A DNA stretch of 64,000 nucleotides from NCBI GenBank assembly GCA_963813715.1, contig CAWFAK010000009.1:288001-352000 (forward strand), in the 5' to 3' direction. Made by a program: the position numbers and the translations under genes. This document shows, piece after piece, positions 11,191 to 21,779 of this stretch. The stretch comes from an uncultured Planctomycetaceae bacterium (GTDB lineage: Bacteria > Planctomycetota > Planctomycetia > Planctomycetales > Planctomycetaceae). The notes below the pieces were generated by a model. It saw only the letters and a program-made list of their open reading frames with translations, made no database searches and had not been told where the DNA came from. Every line of letters begins with the position of its first letter. Position 1 is the stretch's first letter.

Positions 11191-12718
11191 ATGAAGTCGC
11201 CAAGTTTGCTGAGAGAGAGCCTCACTACCACGATTCCGGCCGCCCTCATGGACCGACAAGCGATCGCCCGACTGCTGGTCGTCGACGACGAGCCGAACGT
11301 GCAGTACTCCCTGAAGAAGAGCCTCCAGTCGGACTGGCTGCAAGTCGTTACCGCGTCTACCGGCGGAGAGGGGATCGATCTGGTGCGTAACCAGCACCCA
11401 GACGCTGTGATCCTTGACGTTCGCCTGCCCGACATGTCGGGCCTCGACGCTTTCGACGAAATTCGACGGATCGATTCGCGGCTGCCGGTCATCATTCTCA
11501 CCGCCTACGGCACCACCGAGACGGCCATCGAGGCCATGAAGCGGGGCGCCTTCGAGTATCTGCTCAAGCCGGCCGATTTTCGCCAGCTACGCTCGCTGGT
11601 GGGCAAGGCGGTCGAGATCAGCCATTTGCGGCGCGTGCCGGCCGTGATTGCCGAAGACGATCCGGCCAACGACGACAGCGTCGACCGCATCATCGGCGAG
11701 ACGCCGGCGATGCGCGAGGTCTATAAGGCCATCGGCCGGGTCGCTCCCCTCGACGTGCCGGTGTTGATCCAAGGCGAGAGCGGCACGGGCAAGGAGCTGG
11801 TGGCCCGCGCGATCTACCAGCACAGTCGGCGCGGAGAAGCCGTTTCTGGCGATCAATTGTGCCGCAATTCCGGAAGGCATCCTCGAAAGCGAGTTATTCG
11901 GCCACGAGAAGGGCGCTTTCACCGGAGCCGACCGTCGCCGCGTTGGCAAGTTCGAGCAGGCTGACCAGGGGACGCTCTTCCTCGACGAAATCGGCGACAT
12001 GGCGCTGGGCACGCAGCCCAAGCTGCTGCGGCTGCTGCAAGAGCAGAAATTCGAGCGCCTGGGCGGTGACGAGACGGTCCGCACCGACGTGCGCGTGCTC
12101 GCGGCGACCAACCAGAATCTCGAGGACAAGGCCATCGCCGGACGCTTTCGCGAGGATTTGCTCTACCGTCTGAAGGTCTTCACGATTCGGGTTCCACCGC
12201 TCCGCGAGCGCCGTGAAGACCTTCCTCGGTTCGTCGCGCACTTCTTGAAGGTGCTGTGCCGCCGTTTGGGGAAGCGCGTCACCTCAATCGCCCCTGATGC
12301 ACTACGGCGGTTAGAAGAGTACGCTTGGCCCGGGAATGTCCGCGAACTTCAGAGCGCCATTCGCCACGCCTACGTTCAGTCGGCCGGGGAAGTGATTACC
12401 GCGGATTGCCTGCCGGAACATCTGCGGGGCGATGCCCCGGCCCGCTCGCCCAAACCCGAGTCGGATCCGCAACTGGTCGAGCTGACCGAACTGGTCTCGG
12501 CCTTGCTGCGCGGGGGCGAGCCGGACATTTACGATAAAGTCGCCGCCGTGGTCGACCGCGTGGTTCTGGAAGCGGTCCTGCGTCACGTCAAAGGAAGCCA
12601 GGCGCAGGCGAGCAAGCTCTTAGGCATCTCCCGGACGACTCTTCGCTCAAAGTTGCTCGACCTTGGACTGATGATCGAAAAGAAAATCCTTTCCGATATC
12701 AGTCGGCCAGATGAATAG
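11191..12718 (+). CDS. Sigma54-dependent response regulator, NtrC family (REC-AAA+-HTH; frameshift near 11835); start 11191 or 11248
   Basis: [31 protein letters not shown] (shifted frame), [17 protein letters not shown]. Confidence 0.92.
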
Positions 12719-12822
12719 GAACGAGGCGGCGCCACACGACCAATGCAACGCGGTTGAGGGTGGCTCGGATCTTCTCCTTTGCGTGGATGCGTGTGGCTCG
12801 GCTCCGCGTGGGATGAAAAAAA

Positions 12823-12896
<74 letters not shown>

Positions 12897-13106
12897 GACG
12901 GCTATCTTAGCGAGCAGTCTCCCCTTTTCACGCACCTTCACTGCCAACGCCGGCGATTCCGTGTTTCGTCGGCTGTTGCTGGCGTGCCGCGTCCGGCTTT
13001 CGTAGGCTGGAGACGTCCTGATTTCGTCTCCAAGCCGTCGCCGCTGCGGCCGACGCAGTCCCCGTCCCGGGCTCGCTCAGATCCCTTCCAGGAGTTGGCA
13101 CCTACC

Positions 13107-14426
13107 GTGATTCATTCGAGACGTGGCCTCGTATTCGGGTTCGCCCTGGCACTGACTTTTGCCGCCAGCTCCCTTCCGGCCACCCGGGCAGACATTCTGG
13201 TCGGGGCAGCCAAGCGGGTGATTACGCCCAATCCCCTGCTCCCGGTGTCGGGGGGGATCGGCCGGCCGCATCCGGTGCATGACAAGCGGGGCGACCTGAT
13301 GACGCGGGCCGTCGTCCTGCGGAAAGGCGACGTCACCGTCGGCATTGTCAGTGTCGACAATATTGGCTTTCCCAGCGTGCTGGGGGACCGGATCCGCGAA
13401 CGCGTGACCCGCATCCCGGCGAAGAACATTCTCATCGGCTCGACGCACACGCACAGTGCGCCCGATTGCTACGGTTTCCCCGACGGTAATGGAGGCCACA
13501 CCGGCGACCTGCACTACATGGAGTTCGTTTGCGACAAGGCGACCGAGGCCCTCAACGAAGCCCTCGATCACCTCATTCCGTGCCACCTCAAGATCGCCAC
13601 GGGCGAAGCCAAGGGAAAGATCGCCTACAACTACTACGCCCCGCAGCTTTACGACAAACGCATGAGCGTGATCCAGGCCCAGTCGGCCGCCGACGGCAAG
13701 AACCTCGTCACGCTGGTCAACTATGCGATCCACCCAGAGGTGCTGGGCAACGAGGTCGGCTTCTGTAGTCCCGACCTGGTCGGCCCGTTGTGCGACAAGC
13801 TCGAAGCCGACGCGGGCGGCATGGCCATCTTCATGAACGGGGCGCAGGGGGGCATGATCACGGCCGACAATCGGCTGCTCGACAAGCCGCGGAGCCTGAT
13901 CGAGGGAGTTTGGAACGACGCCCGCACTTGGGACGAATGCCTGCGGATCGGTCACTTGATGGCCGACGAGGCCCAGCGGATCGTCAAGAACGCGACCGTG
14001 CAGGATAATCCTCAACTGGTGTGCGACTCGCTCAACGTCGAGTTTCCCATCGACAACCCACTGATGTGGGCGATCACGGTCGGCTCGCCGCTCAAGTATC
14101 CGCACAACGACGCCAACCACAGCGTCACCTGCCGTCTCAACCTGATCAATCTGGGGAACGCGCAGATCGCCACGATTCCCGGCGAGGCGCTGCCGAACAT
14201 CGGCTTCTATCTCAAGCGAAAAATGAAGGGGGAGAACAACCTGCTGTTTGGGCTCACCAACGACGCCTTCGGGTACATCCTGACCCGGGTCGATTTTCAC
14301 AGCTTCCCGCGGTACGACTATGTGTCGCGGACGTCGCTGGGTGAGAACACGGGCGAGATCCTGATCGACAACATTCTGAAACTCGTCGCCAAGAACGCCC
14401 CGCCCGAACACCTGGCAACCAAGTAG
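13107..14426 (+). CDS. Secreted neutral/alkaline ceramidase-like protein
   Basis: Signal peptide, STHTHSAP motif, NYAIHPE, NGAQGG, TIPGE. Confidence 0.75.
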   Translation: MIHSRRGLVFGFALALTFAASSLPATRADILVGAAKRVITPNPLLPVSGGIGRPHPVHDKRGDLMTRAVVLRKGDVTVGIVSVDNIGFPSVLGDRIRERVTRIPAKNILIGSTHTHSAPDCYGFPDGNGGHTGDLHYMEFVCDKATEALNEALDHLIPCHLKIATGEAKGKIAYNYYAPQLYDKRMSVIQAQSAADGKNLVTLVNYAIHPEVLGNEVGFCSPDLVGPLCDKLEADAGGMAIFMNGAQGGMITADNRLLDKPRSLIEGVWNDARTWDECLRIGHLMADEAQRIVKNATVQDNPQLVCDSLNVEFPIDNPLMWAITVGSPLKYPHNDANHSVTCRLNLINLGNAQIATIPGEALPNIGFYLKRKMKGENNLLFGLTNDAFGYILTRVDFHSFPRYDYVSRTSLGENTGEILIDNILKLVAKNAPPEHLATK

Positions 14427-14475
14427 TCCGATCAATCGCGCACTTCCCGACCAACCCATCAACGAAAGATCTCCC

Positions 14476-15363
14476 ATGCCCCTCGAAAATGGCAAACAGC
14501 GAAAGACGGGGCTGATTACCGGCTCCGCCAGCGGTTTGGGACGCGCGATCGCGCTGCGGCTGGCACGCGACGGTTGGAACCTGTGCCTGGCCGACGTCAA
14601 CGATACGGCCAACGAAGAGACGCTGCGGCTCGTCCGCCAGGCGGGGGGCGACGGTTTCGTCGAGCATCTCGACGTCCGCAGCATCGAAGAATGGCGGGCC
14701 CTGCACGAGCGACTGCAGGCTCGCTGGCCGCAGCTCGACCTGCTGGTCAATAACGCCGGGGTCGCCGGGTCGGGCCGGGTCGGCGACTACTCGATCGAAA
14801 ATTGGCATTGGATCGTCGACATCAACCTGTGGAACGGCATCAACGGTTGCCACACCTTCGTCGAATGGCTTAAGGCCAATCCTCGCGGGGCGCATATCAT
14901 CAATACGTGCTCGTTGGCGGCGATCGCATCGGCCCCGACCATGGGGGCCTACAATGTCACCAAGGCGGGCATGCTGGCCCTGTCCGAGACCTTGTATGGC
15001 GAGCTGTTGCCGCACAATGTGGGCGTGACCGCCGTTTGCCCATCGGTCTTTCGCACGAACTTGCTGGACAAATCCCGCTGGTGCCAGCCGGAAGAGCGAA
15101 AACTCTTTCAGAAGGGGTTTGCCACTGCCAAGATGACGGCGGACTACGTGGCCGACGCGGCGATCCGAGCGATGGAGCGCAAACAGCTCTACGTCATGGT
15201 CCCGTTCGAGGCCCGTTTCAACTGGTATCTCAAACGGCTGAATCCGCAGTGGTTCCTGCGAAAAGTCGCCCGGATGTTCGAGGGCCAGCTCAAGGCGGCG
15301 GGAGGATTTGAACCCGCGGCTACAGAGCGTGTGCCCGAGTCGGTGGGAGCCGGCGACAAGTAG
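14476..15363 (+). CDS. SDR family oxidoreductase
   Basis: TGSASGLG, NNAG, YNVTK catalytic motif. Confidence 0.92.
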   Translation: MPLENGKQRKTGLITGSASGLGRAIALRLARDGWNLCLADVNDTANEETLRLVRQAGGDGFVEHLDVRSIEEWRALHERLQARWPQLDLLVNNAGVAGSGRVGDYSIENWHWIVDINLWNGINGCHTFVEWLKANPRGAHIINTCSLAAIASAPTMGAYNVTKAGMLALSETLYGELLPHNVGVTAVCPSVFRTNLLDKSRWCQPEERKLFQKGFATAKMTADYVADAAIRAMERKQLYVMVPFEARFNWYLKRLNPQWFLRKVARMFEGQLKAAGGFEPAATERVPESVGAGDK

Positions 15364-15498
15364 GCCAAATCGCCTCAGCTTGAAAGCAGCGGTGGCGCCT
15401 GTTATTTTCCGGCTAGTGCTGTTCGGTCGCGGCGAGTCTCGACGCTTTCTCCGAGACGCTTTGCCGCGAGTTCGCTTATCGATCGTGATCAACGCTCT

Positions 15499-17555
15499 AT
15501 GAACGCCGATCCGTTGCGTGCCGGCTCTGGCGGCGAAGACGACTCCTGGGAAACCCTGGCCGAAGATTTGTTCGGCATCGATCTGGGAAAGTCGGCAGCC
15601 GACGCCCAGATTTCCTCCGAAGACCTGCTGCTGGACGAACCGTCGCCGACGCCGGCGGCGGAACCCAAACCGGCAACCCCGGCAGCCGAATCGTCCCGCC
15701 CGGTCAGTGCGGGCGGAGAACGCCAGGGCGGCGAGCCGCGTCGAGAGTCGGGACGCCCGGAGCGCGGTCGATCCGAATCACCGCGCGGGGAGCGCGGTCC
15801 ATCCCGTCCGCCACACAAAAAGCGCACTCCGCCTCCGGCTGCCGACGACTTTGGAGCCGACCTCGATCTGGAAGCCCCGTTCGGCGCCCCACGCGATCCC
15901 GAACCGGTCGGTGAAGCCGCGTCCGACGAGTTCGACCATGACGAGCCCGAAGAGACGCCGCACCGTCGCGAAGAACATGGGCGTGAAGCACAGGGCCATG
16001 AGGAACGGGGCCGCGAGAAACCCGAGCGCGGGGAACGCGGCCACCAAGAGACGTCGGGCGGCGAGTCGGACGAGTCCTCCGGCGAGGCGCCGGCCTCTGA
16101 CGAGGAGGACGCGTATTGGGATCCCCTGAAGAACTGGCAATGGAGTGAAGAGCACCCGGAATCGTCGCACGATCGCGGTGAGCGCCGCGATCAGGGTGGC
16201 CGTCGCGGTGGCGGCGGACGCAGCGGGGGCGGTCGCGGCGGCAGCGGTGGACGCAGCGGCGCCGGTCGAGGGGGCGGGGGCGGGCGTGGTGAACGCGGAC
16301 CTGGTCGACGCGACTCGGGCGGTCGTCGCCACGAACGGGGCGAACGCTCTCGCGGCGGTGAATCTCGCTCGGAAGGCTCGCGACAGGAGCGGCCCGCCGA
16401 CGAAGGAGCCCGTGAGGAACGGCCGCCACGCCCGGCGCACGGACAACGCCCCGAAGGGGGCGGTCGATCCGAAGGGGGCCCTCGCACGGAGGGCGGGCAT
16501 CGCTCCGAAGGACGTCGCGGCGAACGGCCGCGATCGGAAGGCTCGCGCGGCGAAGGCCGCCCGGCCGAGCGCGGACCACAAAGGTCGGGCCGCGCCGAGT
16601 CACCGCGGTCGGCTCCGCCGGCCTCGGATACGGGTGATGACTTTGGTGCCGGTCTGCTCGAGGCCGACAGCGGTGCCGAACGACCCGGACACGAGCGATC
16701 GGGTGGAGAACGATCGGGCGGCACGCGCTCCGACGCGGGACGCGCCTCGCGCGACTTTGCCGAGGATCGCGGCGAACAGCGGCGAGAGTCGGCGGGCGAA
16801 CGTCCACAGGACGAGTGGGGCGAATCAGACGCGGCCGAACGCGACGAAGTCGAGGAGATCGACGAGGGCGGAGAGGCCGCGGGCGATGCCGAGCAACCCA
16901 GGGAAGGCGGCGCCCGGCCGCCCCGGCGCAGGCGCCGGCGGCGACGTTCGCGCTCGCGACGTGAAAAACCCGCAGGACCGATGGATCGGGAGAGGCTTGT
17001 GAGCGACGAAGGACCGCGCGAAGAATCGGAGCCCGAGCTGTTCGAAGAGGAGGACACGGAAGTCGTGTCCGAAGACCTCTCCGAATTTGGCGACGAGTCC
17101 GCACTCGATGAACCCGCACTCGACGAGGGGGCAATTGAAGAGCGGGACGAAGCCGGCGCCGAAGGTGAATCCGAAGACGCAGAGGGCGCCCGCGCCGTCG
17201 CCGACGACGTCGACGCCGCGGCCGTCGTGGATCGGGCGACCGCAGTGGCCCGCGCGAAGAGCGAGCGCCCGGTCGACCGAGCGTCGCCGGCGCCCCCGAG
17301 CCGCCCGACCTCTCCGACGAGCCAGATGACGACGACGAGGACGATGAAGACCTGGATGAAGACTCGGGCGACCTGACCGGCGAATCCGAGCTGACCGCCG
17401 AAGACGAAGAGGGGGACGAAAACGCCCCGCGGGTCTATCGCAACGTGCCGACGTGGGAAGAGGCCATCTCATTCCTCGTTCATAAGCGCCCCGAGGGCCG
17501 CCGTGACGAGGGCGGCCCCCGCGAACCACGCCGCGATGGCGGCCGGCCGCGGTAG
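15499..17555 (+). CDS. Large intrinsically disordered Arg/Gly- and Asp/Glu-rich protein (frameshift near 17180)
   Basis: Low-complexity ORF; shifted frame gives acidic tail ending VYRNVPTWEEAISFL...GRPR-TAG at 17555. Confidence 0.75.
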
Positions 17556-17615
17556 TTGCGCGTTCGGACTCCAATCACCCGGCGATTCCAATCATTTGAT
17601 AGGGCCTGAGCTCCC

Positions 17616-18906
17616 ATGGAATCGCCGACGCTGCTCCGCACGTGCCGCCTGGTGACCTTGGGCTGCAAGGTCAACCAGTACGAGACACAGCTCGTGAAGG
17701 AGGCCCTCACGCGCCACGGCTACCGCGAGGCCCAAGAGGACGAAACGGCCGACTTGTGCGTCGTCAACACGTGCACGGTCACCGGCACTGGGGACTCCAA
17801 GTCGCGGCAGGTCGTACGGCAACTGGCCCGGCACAATCCCGGCACGCGGACCATCGTGATGGGTTGCTATGCCACCCGCGATCCGCAGGCAGTCGCAAAC
17901 TTGCCCGGCGTCTTCGAGGTGGTCCGCGACAAGCGCGAGCTGCCCGACGTGCTCGGCCGACTGGGTATCGTCGACATGCCCCGCGGCATCAGCCAGTTCG
18001 AGGGCCGCAAACGCGCCTACGTCAAAGTCCAGGATGGCTGCATCCTCAAGTGCACCTACTGCATCATTCCGCACGTCCGGCCGGGGCTTGCCAGCCGCTC
18101 GCCCGACGACATCGAGGACGAGGTCCGGCGGCTCGTCGGCAACGGCTACCGCGAAATCGTGATCTGCGGCATCCATGTCGGCCACTACGGCGTCGACTCG
18201 ACGCGCGGCCGCTCGGGCCGGGCTCCGTTTCGTCTCTGGCACTTGTTTCGCCGCCTCGATCGCATCCCCGGCAATTGGCGGATGCGGCTGTCGAGCGTGG
18301 AAGCGGCCGAAATTAATGACGACTTCATCTCCGCCGCGGCCGACTGCGAGCACCTCTGCCCCCAGTTTCACCCGGCCCTGCAGAGCGGCTCGGATAGCGT
18401 GCTGCGGCGAATGCGGCGGCGGTACTCAATCGCCCGCTTCCTGGAAAAGATCGCTCGCATGAAGGAGCGTCTCGATCGGCCGGCCTTCACCACCGACATG
18501 ATCGTCGGCTTTCCGGGCGAGACGGAGGCCGACTTCGAGCTTTCGGCCGAGGCCTGCCGCCACGTCGGCTTCGTCAAAGTACACGTCTTTCCGTTTAGCG
18601 CCCGTGCCGGCACCAAAGCCGCCGCGTTTGCCGACGCGCTCCCTCCGGCCGTGATTCGCGAGCGGGTGTCGCGTCTGAGCGAACTCGAGCGCGAGCTGGC
18701 CGAGGAGTACTACCGAACGCTTCGAAAACGAGCGGGTGGAAGTGCTGGTCGAACAAGGCGTGCCGGCACGCCCCGGTTATGTCCGGGGGACGGATCGCCG
18801 CTACGTCCCCGTTGAGCTGCCGGGCGACGCGAACGATCTGGGGCGATTCGTGACCGCCGTCGGACAGAGCGCGTCGCGAGATTGTTTGTTTGCCATCCGG
18901 GCCTGA
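17616..18906 (+). CDS. mtaB: tRNA t6A37 methylthiotransferase MtaB (frameshift near 18725)
   Basis: TLGCKVNQYET, NTCTVT, CxxxCxxC (CILKCTYC), LQSGSD, IVGFPGETE, HVFPFSAR. Confidence 0.92.
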
Positions 18907-18972
18907 ACGGCGCCGGGCTTTCTTTTTCATTCGAACCTTGTCTTCGGGCCTCAACATTCAGGCTGTAATCGC

Positions 18973-19647
18973 GTGGGTTATCTCGTCGCCATCGAAGGAA
19001 TCGACGGATCCGGCAAAGGGACACAAGCCCAGCGACTGCTGACTCATCTGCAGGCCGCTGGACGCCGGGGGACCCTGCTCTCGTTCCCCCGTTATGACGC
19101 CACGTTCTTCGGCCGGGCGGTCGGCGAATACTTGAACGGGGCCTTCGGGTCGCTCGGACAAGTGCATCCGTTCTTTGCGTCGCTCTTGTTCGCCGGCGAC
19201 CGATTCGAGTCGCGGAACATGTTGTGCGCGGCTGTCGCTGAGCAGGATGTCGTCGTGCTCGATCGGTACGTGGCCTCGAACATCGCCCACCAGGCCGCTC
19301 GGCTCGACGGAGACGCGCGCCAGCGGCTGATCGAGGCGATCGAGTACCTGGAGTTCGAGGTCTACCGGCTGCCGCGGCCCGACCTGGTTGTGTTGCTCGA
19401 CTTGAGCGTGCCCGCTGCGCAGCGGCTGATCGCCACGAAGCCGCGCCGCACGTACACCGAGCGCTCGGCCGACATCCAAGAGGCCGACGGCAATTACCTG
19501 GCGGGCGTTCGCGAGTTGTACCTGGAGCTGGCCGGCCGCGACCCGGAGTGGTCAGTGATTGCGTGCGAACGCCAAGGTGCGGTGCGGTCCGTCGAAGACA
19601 TCGCGCACGAAATCGCCCAACGTGTGGAACGGCAACTCACCACGTAG
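18973..19647 (+). CDS. tmk: Thymidylate kinase
   Basis: EGIDGSGKGTQ P-loop, DRY motif, PDLVVLLD. Confidence 0.93.
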   Translation: MGYLVAIEGIDGSGKGTQAQRLLTHLQAAGRRGTLLSFPRYDATFFGRAVGEYLNGAFGSLGQVHPFFASLLFAGDRFESRNMLCAAVAEQDVVVLDRYVASNIAHQAARLDGDARQRLIEAIEYLEFEVYRLPRPDLVVLLDLSVPAAQRLIATKPRRTYTERSADIQEADGNYLAGVRELYLELAGRDPEWSVIACERQGAVRSVEDIAHEIAQRVERQLTT

Positions 19648-19662
19648 GAAAAGGCCGCGGGC

Positions 19663-21042
19663 CTACGAGACTGGCCGTACCGCGCCGGTCGTGGCCGGGG
19701 TGGTCGTGTTTGTCGCGACACTGCTCCCAGTCACGTTGCTGCCTGCCAGGCTGTTCGCGGCCGTCGTCCCCAAGTTTTCCACCCGCAGCTTGAGGATGCG
19801 GCGTTTGTCGGCTTCGAGCACGGTCACGCGGAGTTGCTTCCAGGCCACCGTTTCGCGGCGCTTGGGAATGCGGCCGAGCTGGGCGTAGACGAAGCCGCCG
19901 ACCGTGTCGTAGTCCTCGTCGTCGGGCAAGTCGAACTGAAATTGCTCGTCGAGGTCGTCGATCCGCACCCACGGTTCCACGTCGACGGCGTTCGGTCCAA
20001 TCTGGCGGATGCCCGTGTCGTCGGCCGTGTCGTATTCGTCGACGATCTCGCCCACGATTTCCTCGAGCACGTCTTCCATCGTCACCAGGCCGGCCACGCC
20101 GCTGTATTCGTCGATCACGATGGCGATGTGCACGCCGCGGCGTTTCATGCTCTCGAGCAGCTTGTCGATGCCGATCGTTTCGGGAACGTAGAACGGCTCG
20201 CGGACGACGTCCTTGAGCGAGAGGCTCTGATCGCCGTTCTCGGCCGACATGTGCCGCAGCAGCTCCTTCGCGTAGAGGATGCCGACAATGTCGTCTGGCG
20301 ACGCGCCGATGACGGGCATCCGAGAGTGGCCGCCGGCGACCATCAACAGCCGGGCTTCCTCGAGCGTGGCGGTCGCCGGGACGCACTCCATTTCAGTCCG
20401 CGTCGTCATCACGGCGGCGACGTCTTCCTGTTGCGCGGCGATCACGCGTTCGATCATCCGCCGCGCCTGCGGAGCCAGAATTCCCTCGCGCTGCCCCAGG
20501 TCGACGACGCTTTCGACCTCGCGCAACAGCGATTCGTTGGTGTGACCGGACGGCTCCTTGAGGCCCCACAGACGGTGCATGAAGGAGTCGATTCGTCGCA
20601 CGGCAGCCACGACCAGCCGCATGCCGTTGAGCACCAGCTCCAGCATCGGCCAGCAGTCGGCCAGAAACCGCTCCCCCGTGACGCGGGCCAGGCTCCAGGG
20701 GAGCACGAAGAGCCCGAACACGAAGACGGCCGCCAAGAGAATCGGCTCCATGACGACGGCGAGCCAGTCGCGAAACGTATTGAGGTGCGTGAGATCAGCG
20801 GCGAACCGATCACCGGCGAGAGCGGCCAAGGCGGCAACGGCCAGCAGCGTCAGGATCCGCCAGGCGATCAGTCCGTCGGTCGATCGCCGCAGAATGATGC
20901 CGAATCGGTCGGGGTCTCCCAGTCGGCGGCACGCGTCGTCAAGCCGGCTGCGAGAAAAGCTGCGAAGCGCCTCGCAGGCGAACGAGCCGATCAGGGCGAT
21001 GATCACCAGCACGACAACGGCCGCAGCCTGCACCCAGGTCAC
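19663..21042 (-). CDS. CNNM/DUF21-CBS-CorC_HlyC (hemolysin family) protein
   Basis: N-terminal TMs, HSRMPV, IVIDEYSGVAGLVTMEDVLEEIVGEI, YDTVGG. Confidence 0.92.
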   Translation of the reverse strand: MTWVQAAAVVVLVIIALIGSFACEALRSFSRSRLDDACRRLGDPDRFGIILRRSTDGLIAWRILTLLAVAALAALAGDRFAADLTHLNTFRDWLAVVMEPILLAAVFVFGLFVLPWSLARVTGERFLADCWPMLELVLNGMRLVVAAVRRIDSFMHRLWGLKEPSGHTNESLLREVESVVDLGQREGILAPQARRMIERVIAAQQEDVAAVMTTRTEMECVPATATLEEARLLMVAGGHSRMPVIGASPDDIVGILYAKELLRHMSAENGDQSLSLKDVVREPFYVPETIGIDKLLESMKRRGVHIAIVIDEYSGVAGLVTMEDVLEEIVGEIVDEYDTADDTGIRQIGPNAVDVEPWVRIDDLDEQFQFDLPDDEDYDTVGGFVYAQLGRIPKRRETVAWKQLRVTVLEADKRRILKLRVENLGTTAANSLAGSNVTGSSVATNTTTPATTGAVRPVS

Positions 21043-21779
21043 GACGGGCTCCCGTTTTTGGCGGACCGAGCACGGCCCTTCACGGCCGTTGCCGGTCGCT
21101 GGCCTCGGCCCGAGCGTGGCCGCGCGACGATTTTCAGCTGGGCCAAGATCGCGCGTTCACGCTGCCTCATCAGGCGACGCTCCGTCGGCGATAGGTCGTC
21201 ATAACCGCAGAGGTGGAGCAAACCGTGCACCAAGTAAAGCGTCAGTTCCTCGCGGGCACTCCAACCGAAACGAGCGGCCATTTGGACCGCCATCTCCGCG
21301 CTCACGAGCACTTCGCCGTCGATGCAGCGGCCCGCGCCGCGAGGCTCGCCAACTTCGCTCGCGTCCCGCTTCTTCGGCTGCCGGCTCGGCGTCACGGGCG
21401 AGGATTCGAACAGGAAGCTGAGAACATCCGTGTCGTAGTCGTGCCCCAAGAAATCCCGATTGACGCGGCGGACCGTGGCGTCGTCGGCTAGCGCCACGCT
21501 GATTTGCGCGGCTGCGATACGCTCGGCGGCCAGCACCGTCCGCGTCACCTTGCGGACATAGGCTGTGTCGACGCGCACATGGGCCTGCCGGGCGCTGATG
21601 TCCAACGTGTAGGCCGCGCTCCTGCGTCGGGGCCGCGCTTCGCGACCGAGTCCGTGATCCGGTTCCGGGCCGGCTTCGGCCGGAGGCGGCGGCGCGGCGC
21701 CGGGGCGACGGCGGGTCCGCGCTCGGCGGCGTCCGGGCGCTCGCTTGGCGGTCCGCGGGAACGGCAGCCTGCGCGTCAT
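21039..21779 (-). CDS. ybeY: rRNA maturation RNase YbeY with N-terminal Arg/Pro-rich extension
   Basis: TDVLSF and HGLLHLCGYDD motifs; ATGA overlap with upstream gene. Confidence 0.92.
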   Translation of the reverse strand: MTRRLPFPRTAKRAPGRRRARTRRRPGAAPPPPAEAGPEPDHGLGREARPRRRSAAYTLDISARQAHVRVDTAYVRKVTRTVLAAERIAAAQISVALADDATVRRVNRDFLGHDYDTDVLSFLFESSPVTPSRQPKKRDASEVGEPRGAGRCIDGEVLVSAEMAVQMAARFGWSAREELTLYLVHGLLHLCGYDDLSPTERRLMRQRERAILAQLKIVARPRSGRGQRPATAVKGRARSAKNGSPS

